Part shown: positions 15,780 to 29,945 of the stretch, one piece after another | Numbering within the stretch: position 1 is the first letter of the stretch | Layout of the letters: the number at the start of each line of letters is the position of its first letter | Source: the human T2T-CHM13v2.0 reference genome, Homo sapiens | NCBI RefSeq assembly: GCF_009914755.1 | Contig: NC_060934.1 | Length of the DNA: 64,000 nt | Direction: 5' to 3' (one strand) | Made by a program: the position numbers and the translations under genes | The notes under the pieces: generated by a model | Seen by the model: the letters and a program-made list of their open reading frames with translations, nothing else | The model's database searches: none | Told to the model about the DNA's origin: nothing

Positions 15780-16275
15780 AGTGGCTACCATATTGAACAG
15801 ATGGGTCTAACTAAGGACTTTCCATCTCACACAGAATAAAACTTGAAATCGTCCAAGTGATCTATCAGGTCCTAGAACTGATTTTCTACCATGATATCTA
15901 TATTTTAATAAGCCAAGCATGGCTCTTTCTCTGGGTTTTCATAACTGCAGTTCTCTATCAGGAATTGTGCCTCTTCCTCTCTCATAGTCAAACGACTTTT
16001 TCCATCACTTAATATAGATGTCTTCTCAGATTTCAACTTATCAGAAAGGCTTTCTTTAACCATCCTATTTAAAACAGCACCTCTCTTCCAAAATTTTCTA
16101 CTTGATACTTGTATTTATCTGTCTTTATTACAGTTATCACTACATAACTTAATATTACATATTTATTAATATTGTTATTTTATATGCCATTTTTATGCAA
16201 TCGAATAGAAGCTCCATGGCAGCAGGGACTTCACACTGTTCACTGATAATCTCCAGTGCTTACAATCTGTAACTA
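15780..16275 (+). mobile_element. L2 3' fragment
   Basis: cagaaaggctttctttaaccatcctatttaaaacagca...tagaagctccatggcagcagggact resembles the L2 3' region. Confidence 0.65.
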
Positions 16276-17989
16276 TTTATTTTTTAACTAATAAATCCCC
16301 AGCTCTAAGATACAAATGCAAAAACTCAAAGAGTTTGATAGACTGGCCCAAGACTTCCTAGCTAGTCTTTGGTGGTCTGGGAAATGAGCCTAGGTTCTCT
16401 GAAACAAAAAGGAGCTCAAACTTTCCCCTTAAAACCAAGTTTTTATTACATTGATTTAAGAAAATGTGCTAGCAGTTAGCGTTTCATAGGTATGCTTCCC
16501 GAGAGACCTTCTAATTATCCTCCTAGAAATATATATATATATATATATTTACACACACACATATATACATATATACTATACAAATAAATAAATTCTATAT
16601 ACGTAATATATATCCTGGCTACATTTCTAATGTAGGTTTTGTAACCTTAATTCTAGGAACTATAGATTGATTACACAGCACATTTCAGGTGCTACGTAAA
16701 TATTTCATAAAGTTGAGGCTCTTCCTCATCAAGTCAGTAACTACTTCAGTAAAGCTCTACTATAATTGAATTTTCATATTTTATTCAGAAGGTAAGAGAT
16801 GGGTTTGAGCAACTCTGAGAAATAAGTTGTCAGTTCCGATTCATACAAAAATACTCTAACTCAGTGTTTCTAAACTCGAGTTTATAATTTTCAAAATATC
16901 TCTTTTATAGATGCTTAAGGATTTAAATTTTAGAACCACAGATTCCTCTTATTTGAGTTTCATGGTGAACTGGGAGTAGAAAGAAGTTATAAAATGCAAA
17001 CATTTCATAGTTTCTTCTTTAGACAATTATTTGCCAATTATTTGTCCATTGTAGTTACGTGTCCCTACTGTTATTCTCACAGCTGTTTCTCCTATACCTT
17101 AATTTAAAAAAAAGTAATTTAAAAAACCACAAGCCTTACAAAGAGGTGAATTCTAAGATCAACTTAAAATACGTCAGAGCACAGATATTCAAGGGTATCT
17201 GTAGTGGATGCAGATCCTCACTGGAATTTGTTGAATATATTAATCTAATTAAAAAGGTATATGTTTCCTTACTTAGGGGAATTGGTCAATTTTATAAGCT
17301 TAAAATCTAAAAAGTAGTAAAAAATTTTCAGTATAGTCATTTCAGCTGATTCAGTGAGGTGAGGAGTAATCATTACAGCAGCTAAGATTTATTACAAGCA
17401 TTCCATTTTCCAGGTACTGCGGTCTTAGCTATCAAAGTGTACTGATCTTTGTAAAATCTGCTCCATTGTAAAATGGATATGTCAGGTCATTATTTTTCCT
17501 TTCATCAAGTGTCCTCATTTGTACTGATTACATACTTACCAAGGAAACTTTATATTTTTGCCTAAAATATTGGTCTACCAAAAAAAAAAATGATCACATG
17601 ACATTCCAGTTTTCCACTTCATCGGATAGGGATGTCTCAAGGGAAATATAGAAATGGCTTTGATGATAACTAACTTGTCACCTAAGAATGTCACAGGGAA
17701 TTAATGTGTTTACTGGTCTCGTCACTAGAACAATAAATTCTTCTATTTAATTAACTATTTGGCACCCCGATGGCTACCTGAGTTATGTGTGTATTTTCAT
17801 CACTCATCCCAGACATGGATAGGGGGAGCACTGGGGCTTCACAGTGCTGACTCAGGTCTTACAGTTCTTATCACTACCACTTCCATCTACTAATGTAGGT
17901 TTCAAAAAGAGATCAGAAATATTTCTGCTTAAGAAAACTCTAAATTTACATAGGTTTTAAAAAAAATCTACAAAATGAAATCAGACATG

Positions 17990-19252
17990 GAAGGGACAAT
18001 TTCTTAAACAACTAGTATTGAAAAAATGGAATATCCATATGTAAAAAAAAAAAGGCTGGACCCTTATCTTACACCATATACAAAAATTAACTCAAAATGG
18101 ATTAAAGATCTAAATATAAGACCTCCAAACCATAAAATGCCTAGAATAAAACGTATGAGAGGTGTTTTGTAACACTGGATTTGACAACGATTTATTGAAT
18201 ATGACACCAATAGCACAGGAAACAAAAGCAAAAATAGACAGATGGACTACCTCTGACTTTAAAACTTTTTGCCCAATTAGTGACACAATCATCAGGGTGA
18301 AAAGGCAACCTATGGAATAGGAGAAAATATTTGCAAATCTTACATCTGATAAGGGATTAGTATCTAATATCTAAACAACTCCTACAACTAAACAACTAAA
18401 ATAAATCAAGTAACCCAATTAAAAATGTGCAAAGGACTTGAATAGACATGTTTTAAAAGATGATATACAATGGCCAATAGCACCTGAAAAGATGCTCATC
18501 ATCAATAACCATCAGAGAAATCAAATCAAATGACAATGATATATCATCTCACACATTAGTATGGCTACTACGTATAAAAAAGGAAAAAGAACCAGAAAAT
18601 AAAAAGTGTTGATAGGAGGTTGAGAAGTTGGAAAGCTTATGCACTGGTGGTGAAATTGTAAAATGGTGCAACTGCTATAGAAAACAATTTTCTTTAAATT
18701 AGAACTACCATATGATTTAGCAATCCCACTTCTGAGAATGCACTCAAAAGAATGAAAGCAGGATATAAAAGATATATTTTAATATTTATGTTCATAGCAG
18801 TATTATTCACAATATCCAAGAGGGGGAAACAACCCAAATGTCTATTGAGAGGTGAACAGATGAACAGAATGTGGTATGTATTGAGAACTATTCAGCTCTA
18901 TAAAGGAATGAAATTCTATCACATGCTAAGCTGTAACATGGATGAATCATGGGAATATCATGCTAAGTGAAATAATCCAATCACAAAATGAGAAATACTG
19001 CAAATTTCCACTTTTATGATGTATTTAAAGTAGTAAAATTTATACATGTAGGAAGACAAAAGGTTGTTACCCAGAGTCTAGGGGTAAGGCTGGAATGGAA
19101 ACTTGTTTAATGGGTACCAAATTTCAGTTGTGCAAAATGAAGAAGTTCTGAAAATCTATTTTGAAACAATGTCAATATACTTAAAACTACCAAACTGTAC
19201 ACTTAAAAATGTTTAAGATGGTAATGTTTATACTATGTTTTTTAATCACAAC
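17990..19252 (+). mobile_element. L1MB-type LINE-1 3' portion
   Basis: ORF2 end (cttacaccatatacaaaaattaactcaaaatggattaaag) plus MB-type 3'UTR ending ctgtacacttaaaaatgtttaagatggtaa. Confidence 0.88.
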
Positions 19253-20584
19253 AAAAGGAATGGGGCATGTATGTGCTGCTTAATAAACTCGCAGATTTAT
19301 ATTTAATTCTTTTAAAATCAACATGAGATAGAGGTCTTTATTCCAATTTTCATGAAGAATAAAAGTGGCTCTAGGTGCTAAGTAGCTTGTCCAGAGGTTA
19401 CAGAGCTGTAATAGGATCTAAATCTCTGTGTCTGAAACCATAATCTGCATTCCATTACCAAATGCTTAATAAATAAAATGTACAAAACTCCTAGCCACTC
19501 TCCACCTAAGTCTACTGACTTTGAGCTGCTAGCTCCATTTATATGGAATATTTACCATTCACCGAATAGTCATACTTTCTATTGTCCTAGATACATTATA
19601 TAATTCAGTTTTCAAAATAATTCTATATGTTTTATTAGCTCTTAACAGTGAAACTGAGGTTGAAAAGATTAAATTATTTGCCCAATTTCATGTTTTAAAT
19701 CCAAAGTTTTATGAAGTCAGAGCTTCCTTCACAATGATACGATTCTCTCAAGACCTGAAAGTTACCTGATTTTTCCTATTTATATCATCCTATCTACTTA
19801 AGAAGCATTAAAATCTTATAAATTCCTGCAAAACTATACTTTTGCTATTTTCTTTTTCAGTTTGATAAATTTTGTCTCAAAATAAAGAAAATGGCATCAT
19901 GATTTGCTTGTAAAACATCCTTTCAATAAAATGTATCAAGTGTCTACTATATAACTGGAGTTATAGAAATAAAACACAAGTCTCATACATTCGTAGAGAT
20001 AATATTCTAGTGGAAATTGACTATAATAATAACATTAGATAATGCTTTGTAGAAAAATAAACTAGAATAAAGGGTTAAAATTTGAAGCTGGGTATCATTT
20101 CTTACATAATAGACAACGGAATCAGAGAAAGCCTGTCTCAATAGGCTTTTATTAAAGCAGCTAAAAGTTAGGCACAATTCTAATTATTTTTAAAGTATAA
20201 TCAGCTATTATTTTGAAAAGGCTCAGTGTATATAAACTACTTCTGCAGAAATAAACAAGACACTGTACAATTGATATTCCATGCATAAATGTTGATAACC
20301 ATCACCCTCATAAAACAATTTACATGACACCAAAAGGTTAAATTTGTGAACTATCCTGAAATAATTGTTATGAATCATATATGCTTTTCTTATGGGAAAA
20401 TCACATATGCTTTAATCCGTGCCTACTGTATTTTATTTGGCATATAATTACTAAAAGTTTAGTTATCTGACTCTTTAAAGCTTCTTCTGGCAAGCTGAAG
20501 TGATGATATTTTGCTAAAGAGGCAAATTGACAGTGACGATAATTGACCTCTGTCAAACTGAAATCAACAGAAGACACAGAAGAA

Positions 20585-20720
20585 CAACCTAATGCAGGCA
20601 GAGCTTAAAACCTAGACAACGGGTTGATAGGTGCAGCAAACCACCATGGCACATGTATACCTATGTAACAAGCATGCATGTTCTGCACATGTATCCCGGA
20701 ACTTAAAAGTTAAAAAAAAA
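20585..20720 (+). mobile_element. L1PA 3' terminal fragment
   Basis: aggtgcagcaaaccaccatggcacatgtatacctatgtaaca...cccggaacttaaaag plus polyA. Confidence 0.88.
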
Positions 20721-20729
20721 GGTGATATG

Positions 20730-20766
<37 letters not shown>

Positions 20767-20767
<1 letters not shown>

Positions 20768-21081
20768 ATGAAATAGTATTCAGCCATAAAAAGGAACAAA
20801 ATAATGGCATTTGCCATTATTGGAGACCATTACTCTAAGTGAAGTAACTCAGGAATGAAAAAACAAACATCATATGTTTTCACTCATAAGTGGAAACTAA
20901 GCTATGAGGACTCAAATGCATAAAGATGATACAATGGAGTTTGGGGACTCAGGGGAAAGGGTGGGATGGAGGTGAGGGATAAAGACTGTACGTTGGGTAC
21001 AGTGTACACTGCTTGTGTGCACCAAAATCTCAGAATTCACCATTAAAGAATTATTCATGTAACCAAAAAAAGAAAAAAAAA
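20767..21081 (+). mobile_element. L1PB 3' fragment
   Basis: ctaagtgaagtaactcaggaatg...ctaagctatgaggac...caccaaaatctcagaa; similar to the copy at 58.3-58.9 kb. Confidence 0.85.
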
Positions 21082-21686
21082 TTTAAAATAATGGCAGCTA
21101 AATTAGGGTAATTAAGGGTAAAATAGTAAAGATATTTTAAACATCTTTTACAGTATCAAAATATAAGAACTGCAGTTTAATAAATAATCACAACTAGATT
21201 GGAGTTAACTATAACATACTCAGCCATGGTGAGTCTACACTGTTAAGGAGGCAGAGGGACATGCCACATATTTTACAATAATTTAAAACATATATATTGC
21301 TTAATATTAGTCAACTTGGTTTTAAAAGACTAAGCTCTAGGCATTTAGACACATTGCTTTGAGAAATGACATATTTCCTGGACTGGCCAGACTGCTTTTT
21401 GAGTAAATTGGAGCCACAAAATCAAGGTATATATTCAATCCATGAATGTTATGATTTCTCATATGCAGCATTTTGAGGTTCTGATACATCAAAGCATTCT
21501 GAATAATAAAATCTCACATCTAATTTTTATCCTTATTTGAAGACACTCTCAAAATCTTCACATATTTCCAATTAGACTTTGAGAAAACAGTAAGCTAAAT
21601 TATTATTAAAACACTCTTAAACTATATGTTTAATCTGAACATTGTAATGATTAAAATGACCCACTCAGATTAAAATTGTGGTTGTT

Positions 21687-21947
21687 CAAATACTGCATGT
21701 TATTATTTATAAATGAGAGTCAACAATGGGTACATGCAGACATAAAGAAAGAAAATAATAGACACTGAGGGCTCCAAAAGGAGGGAGGATGGGAGGGGCA
21801 TGAGGGCTGACAAATTAGCTATTGGCTACAGTGCTCACTATTTGGGTGGTTGGCACACTCGAAGCCTAAACCTCACCAATATGCAATATATCCATGTAAC
21901 ACACCTGCACATGTATCCCCTGAATCTAAAATAAAATTTAAAAAATA
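21687..21947 (+). mobile_element. L1PA15/16- or L1PB-like 3' end
   Basis: caaatactgcatgtt...atatatccatgtaacacacctgcacatgtatcccctgaatctaaaataaaa; ends ~57 bp from the exon 28 donor. Confidence 0.8.
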
Positions 21948-22002
21948 CAGTTAAAAATCATGGTCATATAAAAATAAATATATAAGGAGACAAAATCAAT
22001 TA

Positions 22003-22125
<123 letters not shown>

Positions 22126-23152
22126 TTACTCACTGAAATTTCCATAATCAGAAAACCCCCACATTACCTCTTCCCTACTATGCATAGACACAGTGGTTTC
22201 TGATTTTCAAATTCAGGAACAAATATATATACATTTTTAATTATACGATCTACACAAGGGGTTGGAGACTAACTGGGGCAGACTGAGCATGAGAAACTAT
22301 TTGTTGTTTACCTAGAAATTAAGAATCCTGAGTGATTTCAATTGTTTTTGGTTATGTGTTTGTTTTATTGGTTATTTACTGAGACATGAAGGGTGGCATT
22401 TTTTTTTAATTTGATTGTTAAGGAACACCCAAGATAATGAAAAATACGTTTTATATTTTACAAGTCTTGAGAAATCATTTATTCATTATAACTAAGAATC
22501 TGAGATATGACTGGTTAGAATAATTCATTCTATGAGGTCATCACATATAGTTTTCTTGTCTATTTAACCAACTTTAAATTTGTGTAGGTAGAGGTATATA
22601 TTTAGAACTTTACATATGGGTTAAATGAGCTAATTTAATGGCTGTTGATAACTATGTATCATTCATTTAAAATCTACTGAATTTCTTCTATGTTCTTATA
22701 TTTGAAAAATAGAAGAAAAATAAAAATATTTATTCTGTGCTTACAACATGGCATTTCATCTTTTCCTCAATATTCTACAGGTTTAACTCATTGAAATCTA
22801 TCAACAGAATCAGGTTGTTATTAATATCATTTCGATTTTAAAACAAAAAAAATAAATTGAGGATATATTTAATAACTTAATCCTAATTAAATGCAGTCTG
22901 CCTTACACCAGAGCTTGTGCTCTTTACTATTATCCAATACTGATATAAAAATTCTAAAAAGCCATATATTATCATGCACATACATTTATACACTATTAAA
23001 ATATAAATGCATTTGTACCAGAATCATAAATTGAACACTCTGAGTTAGGCATATTTAGCACCGTATCTCAATACAATCTACAGTAGGGAGTAATTTCACA
23101 TTGCCACACATGTTTTTATAGGCTCCAGATTCTTTACATATAGAGACCCCAT

Positions 23153-23490
23153 TAGGGGTCACAAACTCAAATGCCTTCAGGAACCAGGCAGGTAACTTAA
23201 ATGAGAAAAGTAGCCAAAAGTATGAAATGATAGAAAGAAGTGTAAGTAACAAATCCAAGAGCACATAACTCTGCTGAAGAGGTCAGCTACTACTCACCTC
23301 TAAGGAATATTGCAGTGTGGGAAACAAAATCCAGATTTCCTAGATATTTCAGTTTTTCAGGAAAAAAAGAAATCCAAAATATTTTGTAAAATGTTTGCAA
23401 CTAGTTAGAAATCTATCAAACCATTGTGTGAGCATGATCAATCATGTCTGAAGACTGTATTAAGACAGGAGTAGGTCTGATTATTACTTC
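23153..23490. mobile_element. Possible hAT-Charlie MER element
   Basis: Begins taggggtcacaaactcaaatgcc, resembling a hAT-Charlie terminus; family not confidently assigned. Confidence 0.35.
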
Positions 23491-23949
23491 TGAGCAAGCA
23501 GTTTATGCTGGCAGTTCTAACCTTGTACCCCTAACCCGTCATAGGTGTCTGGGACCAAATGACTAAATTTCCCTTCAACATGTAAATGAGTCTTGATTAT
23601 CTTTTTACAAAACACTAGCTACTTCACTAGCGAACTAGCGAAAGGGATCATTACAGTTTTTGTATCACTTTGTCTTTTCTTATTGGTCTTGAGTTAAAGA
23701 GGATATAGAAGTTGAATAGAAATATTTTTTGTTTTATTGTTTTTGAGTTTTTAGCAGTAAAATTACATGATAAAAATTTCTAGAAGTATGTATATGAAAC
23801 TTGCATAACTGTTCCCTCCCTCCCTCCCCTCCTTCCTTCCTTCTTTCTTCCTTCCCTCTCCTCCTTTTTTTCTTTCTTTTAACATTGGGCCAGAAACGGT
23901 TAAAAAAAAGTTTTGATAAAAATCAAACCACCCGGAACAAGTAGTAACT

Positions 23950-25200
23950 ATAGGGTGTTATCCCAACGAGAAGTATAATCACTAGGCCTCATTCTCTGTT
24001 CCCTGAAGCTCCCATCATCTCCTCTAACTGCTGGACTCAGAAGTACTGGAGTCCTGGCCTCAGGACAGAGGAGCTTTTGCAGTGGGACTAGTGCTGAAGC
24101 ACTTCCTAATTCCACCATCTGTTGGGAGAAAGCTCCTGGACCATGATGTGGGTTATGGATAGGGTGAGTAGTAGGGAACATTAGCAGGATACTGGAAAAG
24201 AGAAGAAAATGAGTAGGAGAAATAACTCTTTATTACTGGTTCTTTCAGTGGAGAATTGTTAGGACTGTCTGCCCTGTCAAACTGTCCTCTTCTCACATGT
24301 CTGTCTCCTGGTCTGGTAAGCATGTGCTTCAACCCACCTTTTCTGGCTGACAGACTGTTACAGATCCGTACTATTAGTATCCCTTGAATTTTCCACTGTC
24401 TCTTATTTCCCTACATTCATCCTGCCCAGGCCTTCAAAAATAGACCCTTCATTAAACTGTCTTCAAATTATCTGACTCTTGCAGCGGAGACTTAAAATTA
24501 AAAAAAAAAATGTTTCACATGTGCATGAATTTTCTGCCAGGTCCTTACTGATATAGATCCGAAAAACCATACAATCAGGTGTCAGGCTGTATATACCAGA
24601 AATCGGTCACACTTTACAAATATGATATATGATGTGAACAAAAACAAAAGTGGGAAAGGAACTAAGTAGTAACTAGTGGAGGATAGATTCAGCAGCCTCA
24701 GAGGAAGACCAAACATAAGCCTTCCTATCTTAGGGTAGAAACAGGATTTAATCAAGGAAATCTCCTGCTCCCGGGATGGGGATCTACATTATATATACCC
24801 AACAGGATTTCAGAATTGGCCTGGACAATTCCATATGTCTACCATTACTGTCCTCTTCAAATAGGAATTTCTAGTGGATATTCTGTATTTTTCCATCATC
24901 TATACTGGGTGAATGTGTTTGCTGGATCACTAAAACATCAGAAGTTCCCTCTAGACCTGATAAAAAGAACAGCATGACATCTGAGATCCAGGTGTTAACT
25001 TTGATAAGACTTTGTTCTATTTGTGTGGAAAATAATGAAATAAATATTTGGTAATCAGAAGTATAGACTGGTTAGCTGTTCATCCAGCTCTTTCTGTCTT
25101 CCCACTGGGAACACACAGTCGATTTCTCAGCCTTCTTTGTAGTTTAGTGGAGCCATATGATGGAGTTCTGACCAACGTAAACTTAGTGGAAGGGAAGGAA
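23950..25200. mobile_element. Cluster of old ERVL-type LTR fragments
   Basis: cccttcattaaactgtcttcaaattatc...ccttactgatata and tttctcagccttctttgtagtttagtggagccatatgatggagttctgaccaa resemble ERVL/LTR16-like LTR motifs. Confidence 0.4.
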
Positions 25201-25267
25201 TGAATGTTCTTAAATTTGAAGGATAGTCACTGCTTTCTCTTCATCAGAAAGATAGGTTACTTATTCA

Positions 25268-25645
<378 letters not shown>

Positions 25646-26350
25646 TTAAGGTTACATTTTATTAACAAGATTTTATGATGTTAATACATTTTGAAAATAT
25701 ACTTTTATATTTTATTTTAAGGATATAAAAATAAAAAACATTTAATTCTGATAAATTAACAGAAGTCGCACTACCGGGAGTAGTTGTCCCACACTTACCT
25801 CTAAATCATTACTTTAAAATTTTTAAATCTCCTGAATGTGCTAATGTCTGGTTTATGTAGAACACACACATTTTGACTATGCAAATGAAGAAATAAGATA
25901 TTACAGTTTACATTTGGTCTTTGACAGAAATTCTACATCCTAACTCTGGTTTGTTTTATCATCTATAACAAGGATATTTAGCTGTTTAAGATTAGTAGAT
26001 TTTATTTATGCTACTTTTCCAGTATAGCTTCTGCAAATATGCAAATATTTCCAGAAATTTGCATGTCAGTTTATTACACCAAATATTTAATAATTCTCTG
26101 TGAAATTATTTAATTCTGTAGCTTAATAACTAATGAAAGCTTTATAAATATGTTTCCATCATCATTGAGATTGATATTTGTAATGGATTCAAATTACTAG
26201 GTATTGTTAAAAAGAAGAGAAATAACATTTGTGAAGCACAAAATTAAAAAAGCAATGGTTGGAAATTTACATGTTACTATTTCTATGTCCTTTCCATTTA
26301 TTCTCATAAGTTTCTTTTCTTTCTTCCTCTATACTCTCATAAATTTTAAA

Positions 26351-26662
26351 TAGTGCTGTCCAATAGAAATACAATGTGAGCCACGAATACAAATCACATA
26401 TGTAATTTTAAATTTTCTGGCACCCACATTAGAAAGATAAAAATAATAAGATTAATTCAATAACACATTTAACCCAATATGTTTAATATATGTTTAGTAA
26501 AATATCATTTTAACATGTAAAGAACATTTTACATATTTTTATCAAAGTCTTTGAAATCTGGTGTGTATTTTATACTTATAGTACATCTCCGTGTGACCTA
26601 GCCATGTTGCAAATATTCAATAGCTACATTTGGCTGATAGCTAGCATATTGGACAACCCAAC
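26351..26662 (+). mobile_element. MER33 (hAT-Charlie non-autonomous DNA transposon)
   Basis: gtgctgtccaatagaaatacaatgtgagccac...catattggacaac; terminal inverted tgtccaata/tattggaca. Confidence 0.8.
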
Positions 26663-26749
26663 TTTAGAGATATTCATCATCTCCTGCTTGAACTGTCTTT
26701 CCTAACTAACTAACTGGTCTCTGCTGCAAACTCACATTTTATTAAATAA

Positions 26750-27690
26750 AAGAGGTGTTTTAATAGTCCATTTAGATAATTATGTATTTTCTTTTTTAAA
26801 TACTATACCAAAATTTAGTTTCCACATGAAATCTGAAACCATGTTCAGTTATACTACAATCTATTTGTCTGTCTTGTACTTTTTTTTTCTTTTTTGCGAT
26901 GGAGTTTTGCTCTTGTTGCCCAGGCTAGAATGCAAATGGCGTGATCTCAGCTCACAGAAACCTCTGCCTCCTGGGTTCAAGCAATTCTCCTGCCTCATTC
27001 TCCCGAGTATCTGGGATTACAGGTGCCCATCACCACACCTGGCTAATTTTGAATTTTTAATAGAGACGAGGTTTCACCATGTTGGCCAGGCTGGTCTTGA
27101 ACTGGTGACTTCAGGTGATTTGCCTGCCTGAGCCTCCCAAAGTGCTGGGATTACAGGCTGAGCCAACACACCCGGCCATTGTACTTTGAATTGATTTTTT
27201 ACACGTGCATAATTTTTTAACATCCTGCATTGGCCACTTGGAAAATACAAGTTTACTGAACACTGCAGATATTGTAAATATCAACACACTTCATTACACA
27301 ATATCAATAAATAAATCACATTATTTAATACAACCACTGACTCATCAAGAAAGTCTAAATATTCGGAAGCTAGTCAAGTTTACAGTGACAGGTACATTTT
27401 TTTAATATTCTAATTTGTGCTTCAAAGCTTCAGTATTATCATTAGTTGGTTGTTTTCAATGAAATGACAGGCTCCCTTCATCCATTTTGTGTAAATGCCT
27501 ACCAAATATTTAAGTTTGAATAACCATATTTTGTCTCTAAGTTGCTCTTTCATATAAAAATGTTAGTCCATAAAAAAAGCAGCTTGTTCAGCTTGCATAG
27601 TGCTTTTCCTTGAGGCAACCATCTTCCACATACAGCAGATGTACTCTATGCATACTTCTCATTTCATCAACAAAATAATGAAAAGGTGTT
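26750..27690 (-). mobile_element. Charlie1-type hAT transposase fragment, interrupted by an Alu
   Basis: Minus strand near 27570-27680 gives a frameshifted match to the hAT/Buster motif DEMxSxH...EVRWLSRGKAL (gatgaaatgagaagtatgcat...agatggttgcctcaaggaaaagcact). Confidence 0.7.
26880..27177 (-). mobile_element. AluS
   Basis: Full dimer; TSD ttgtacttt on both sides. Confidence 0.9.
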
Positions 27691-28954
27691 TAGGACACTT
27701 TCGTTGATAGGTTAGCTAGCTGCCTAGATAGATATACAGTATTTACTAAGGGAATGAATGTGAGGTTTAGGAGAGAAAGGAGTCAAGAAATTTTTTGCCT
27801 AAGGAACTCAAAGTGATTTGGTCATCAAATAAAATGAGGAAGACTACAGGTGGAAGAAATGTGATGAAGAAGAGAAATCCATTAGGAAACACTAAATAAA
27901 CACCTTTTAAAAATATTCGGGTGGAATTGCTACATGTACAGATAAATATGCAAATCTGGTGTTCAGGAATGATCTTTAGTGTAAAGATGTAAGTATGAGC
28001 GCTTTTACTATGTAGATGATATTTTAAAGTTATGGGACTAAGTGAGCTTAACAAGTCAGTGAGTGCAGATAGAAAAGAGATTTAATGTCTGAGCCCTGAG
28101 AAACCTCAATACTACAAGGTCAGGAGAAGAAAATGAACCAGTGAAGGAGACTGAGAAGGAGTAAACAGTGAGATAGTAGGACAAGGGAGTATGGTGGGTG
28201 GTCTGAAAGCATAGTGAGGGTAATAGTCAAGCATTGCTGATGGTTCAAGTAAGATAAGGACTGGCATCATCAGTACATTTCCTAACATGGAAGTCACTGG
28301 TAGCATCGACAAGAATAGTTTGGAAGAGTGTTTGGAGAGAAAACACTCTTATGATTAGAGGGTTTAAGAGAGGGTTTAAGAGAGGGTTCAATAGTGAGAA
28401 ATAAGTCAAATCTAACATAGAATTTTGCTAAAAAGAAGAATAGAAAAATGGATGGCAGCTAGAAGGTGATATAGATCAAGGGATGTTTTATAATTTTTGG
28501 AAGATAGAAAAAAAGCATTGTTGTGAGAATAATCTGATATAAGGAGGAAATTTATATTAATAATGTAGAAAAGAAATGGGAGAGCTGCTGAGGCAATCTC
28601 CTAGAGCTGGCGAGTGGGAATTGAATCTACTGCATAAGTAGAGGTACAGGCTTTAGATAAAAACAGAATTCATCTAAAGGAGCCAGAAAGAAGGCAAAGA
28701 ATGTTGGTCTAGATCCTGGAGGGTAGGTAAATTTAGTGGCAGGAGTCATAGAAGTGTCCTTCTAAATGCTTTAGTATTATTTTTCTGTGAAATAGCATGC
28801 CAGTTAATCAGGCCATAGTGAGAATGAGGACAAGGTATTGGAGATTCAGGAGCAGAGAAGATTTTCTAGGACATCGAGGCAAAATAGAGTGATTACTGAC
28901 CAAAGCAAAAGCTCATTTGGAGGGTTTGTTTTAGTCATTAATTTAAATTGATAC

Positions 28955-29774
28955 TGATGCAGGAGAACAGGGTCTGGAGGCAGGGAACCTAAGGCCAATT
29001 TGTGCTGACTTCCTAAAGCTAAATCAAAGGGAAAACACCAAGGTCTGGGGTCAGGGAATCTAAGGCCAATTCATGATAGTTTTCTAATGGTGGATTAAAC
29101 AGGAAACTCCTGGGTCTGGGGGCAGGGAACATAAACCAATTAATGCCAACTTCCTAAAGCTAAACAAACAAACAAACAAAAATACCATCTCCCCACACCC
29201 CACCTGAGTAACAAAGGATCAAAGGCTACTCTCCCTAAAACCTTCCCCCTTCCCCCATGTCTCAGATGGAAAGGGAAAGTGCCTTGGAGTGGCTGTGGGC
29301 CAAGCAGGGGCCATCCTTTCATTTGCTTAGGGCATCAATCCACTCAGGCCTTGGGTCAATTCAGCTCAGCCTTTAGCCTCAGGCCAAATCCTTCATCCAG
29401 ATAAGGGGTAGCCCACAGGGACCTCAAAAGGAGTATTAAAACCCAGAAAACTTTGTAACCAGGCCCTTGAGTCACTTGCTTGAGTCCACTCCCAACTTGT
29501 GGAGAGCTTTCTTGCTTTAATAAATCCCTGCTTTCCGAGGTTGCAGTGTTGCAGTGAGCCAGGATCGCACCACTGCACTCCAGCCTGGGAGTCAGAGGGA
29601 GAGTCCGTCTCAAAAATAATAATAATAAAATAATAAATAAATAAATAAATAAATGCCCACTTTCCTTGCTTTGTTCCTTTGTTTCGTTCCTGTGTTAATT
29701 TGTGTGTTTTGTTCAATTCTTTGTTCAAAACACCAACGACATGGACAATTCACACTCAAAGCCGTCATGTAACA
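28955..29774 (+). mobile_element. Solo ERV1 LTR, MER61/LTR20-like (MER4 group)
   Basis: TG...CA termini, 4-bp TSD atac (28951-28954, 29775-29778), start tgatgcaggagaacagggtctggaggcagggaacctaaggcc, internal AATAAA. Confidence 0.8.
29537..29650 (+). mobile_element. 5'-truncated Alu inserted in the LTR polyA signal
   Basis: Last ~75 nt of Alu plus (TAA)/(TAAA) tail; degenerate TSD aataaatccctgctttcc / aataaatgcccactttcc. Confidence 0.85.
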
Positions 29775-29780
29775 ATACTA

Positions 29781-29945
29781 TAGCTAGGCATGGTGGTGAG
29801 TGCTTGCAGTCCTAGGTGCTAGGGTGGCTGAGGTGGGAGGATTGCTTGAGCCCAGGATTTTGAGGTTGCAATAAGCTTTGATTACACCACTGCACTTTGA
29901 CCTGGGTGATAGAACCAGACCTTGTTTCTTAGCAACAACAACAAC
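29781..29945 (+). mobile_element. Alu right monomer (FRAM/AluJ-like)
   Basis: tagctaggcatggtgg...gaggattgcttgagcccagga...(CAA)n tail. Confidence 0.8.

Noticed and set aside
25793-25803. Isolated consensus donor (GAG|gtaagt, minus strand); others near 17535 and 40555
   Set aside because: No matching strong upstream acceptor or frame; such motifs are expected by chance in long introns.
28971-29165. Regularly spaced repeats superficially like a CRISPR array
   Set aside because: Eukaryotic LTR U3 tandem units; the intervening sequences are related to each other and there are no cas genes.
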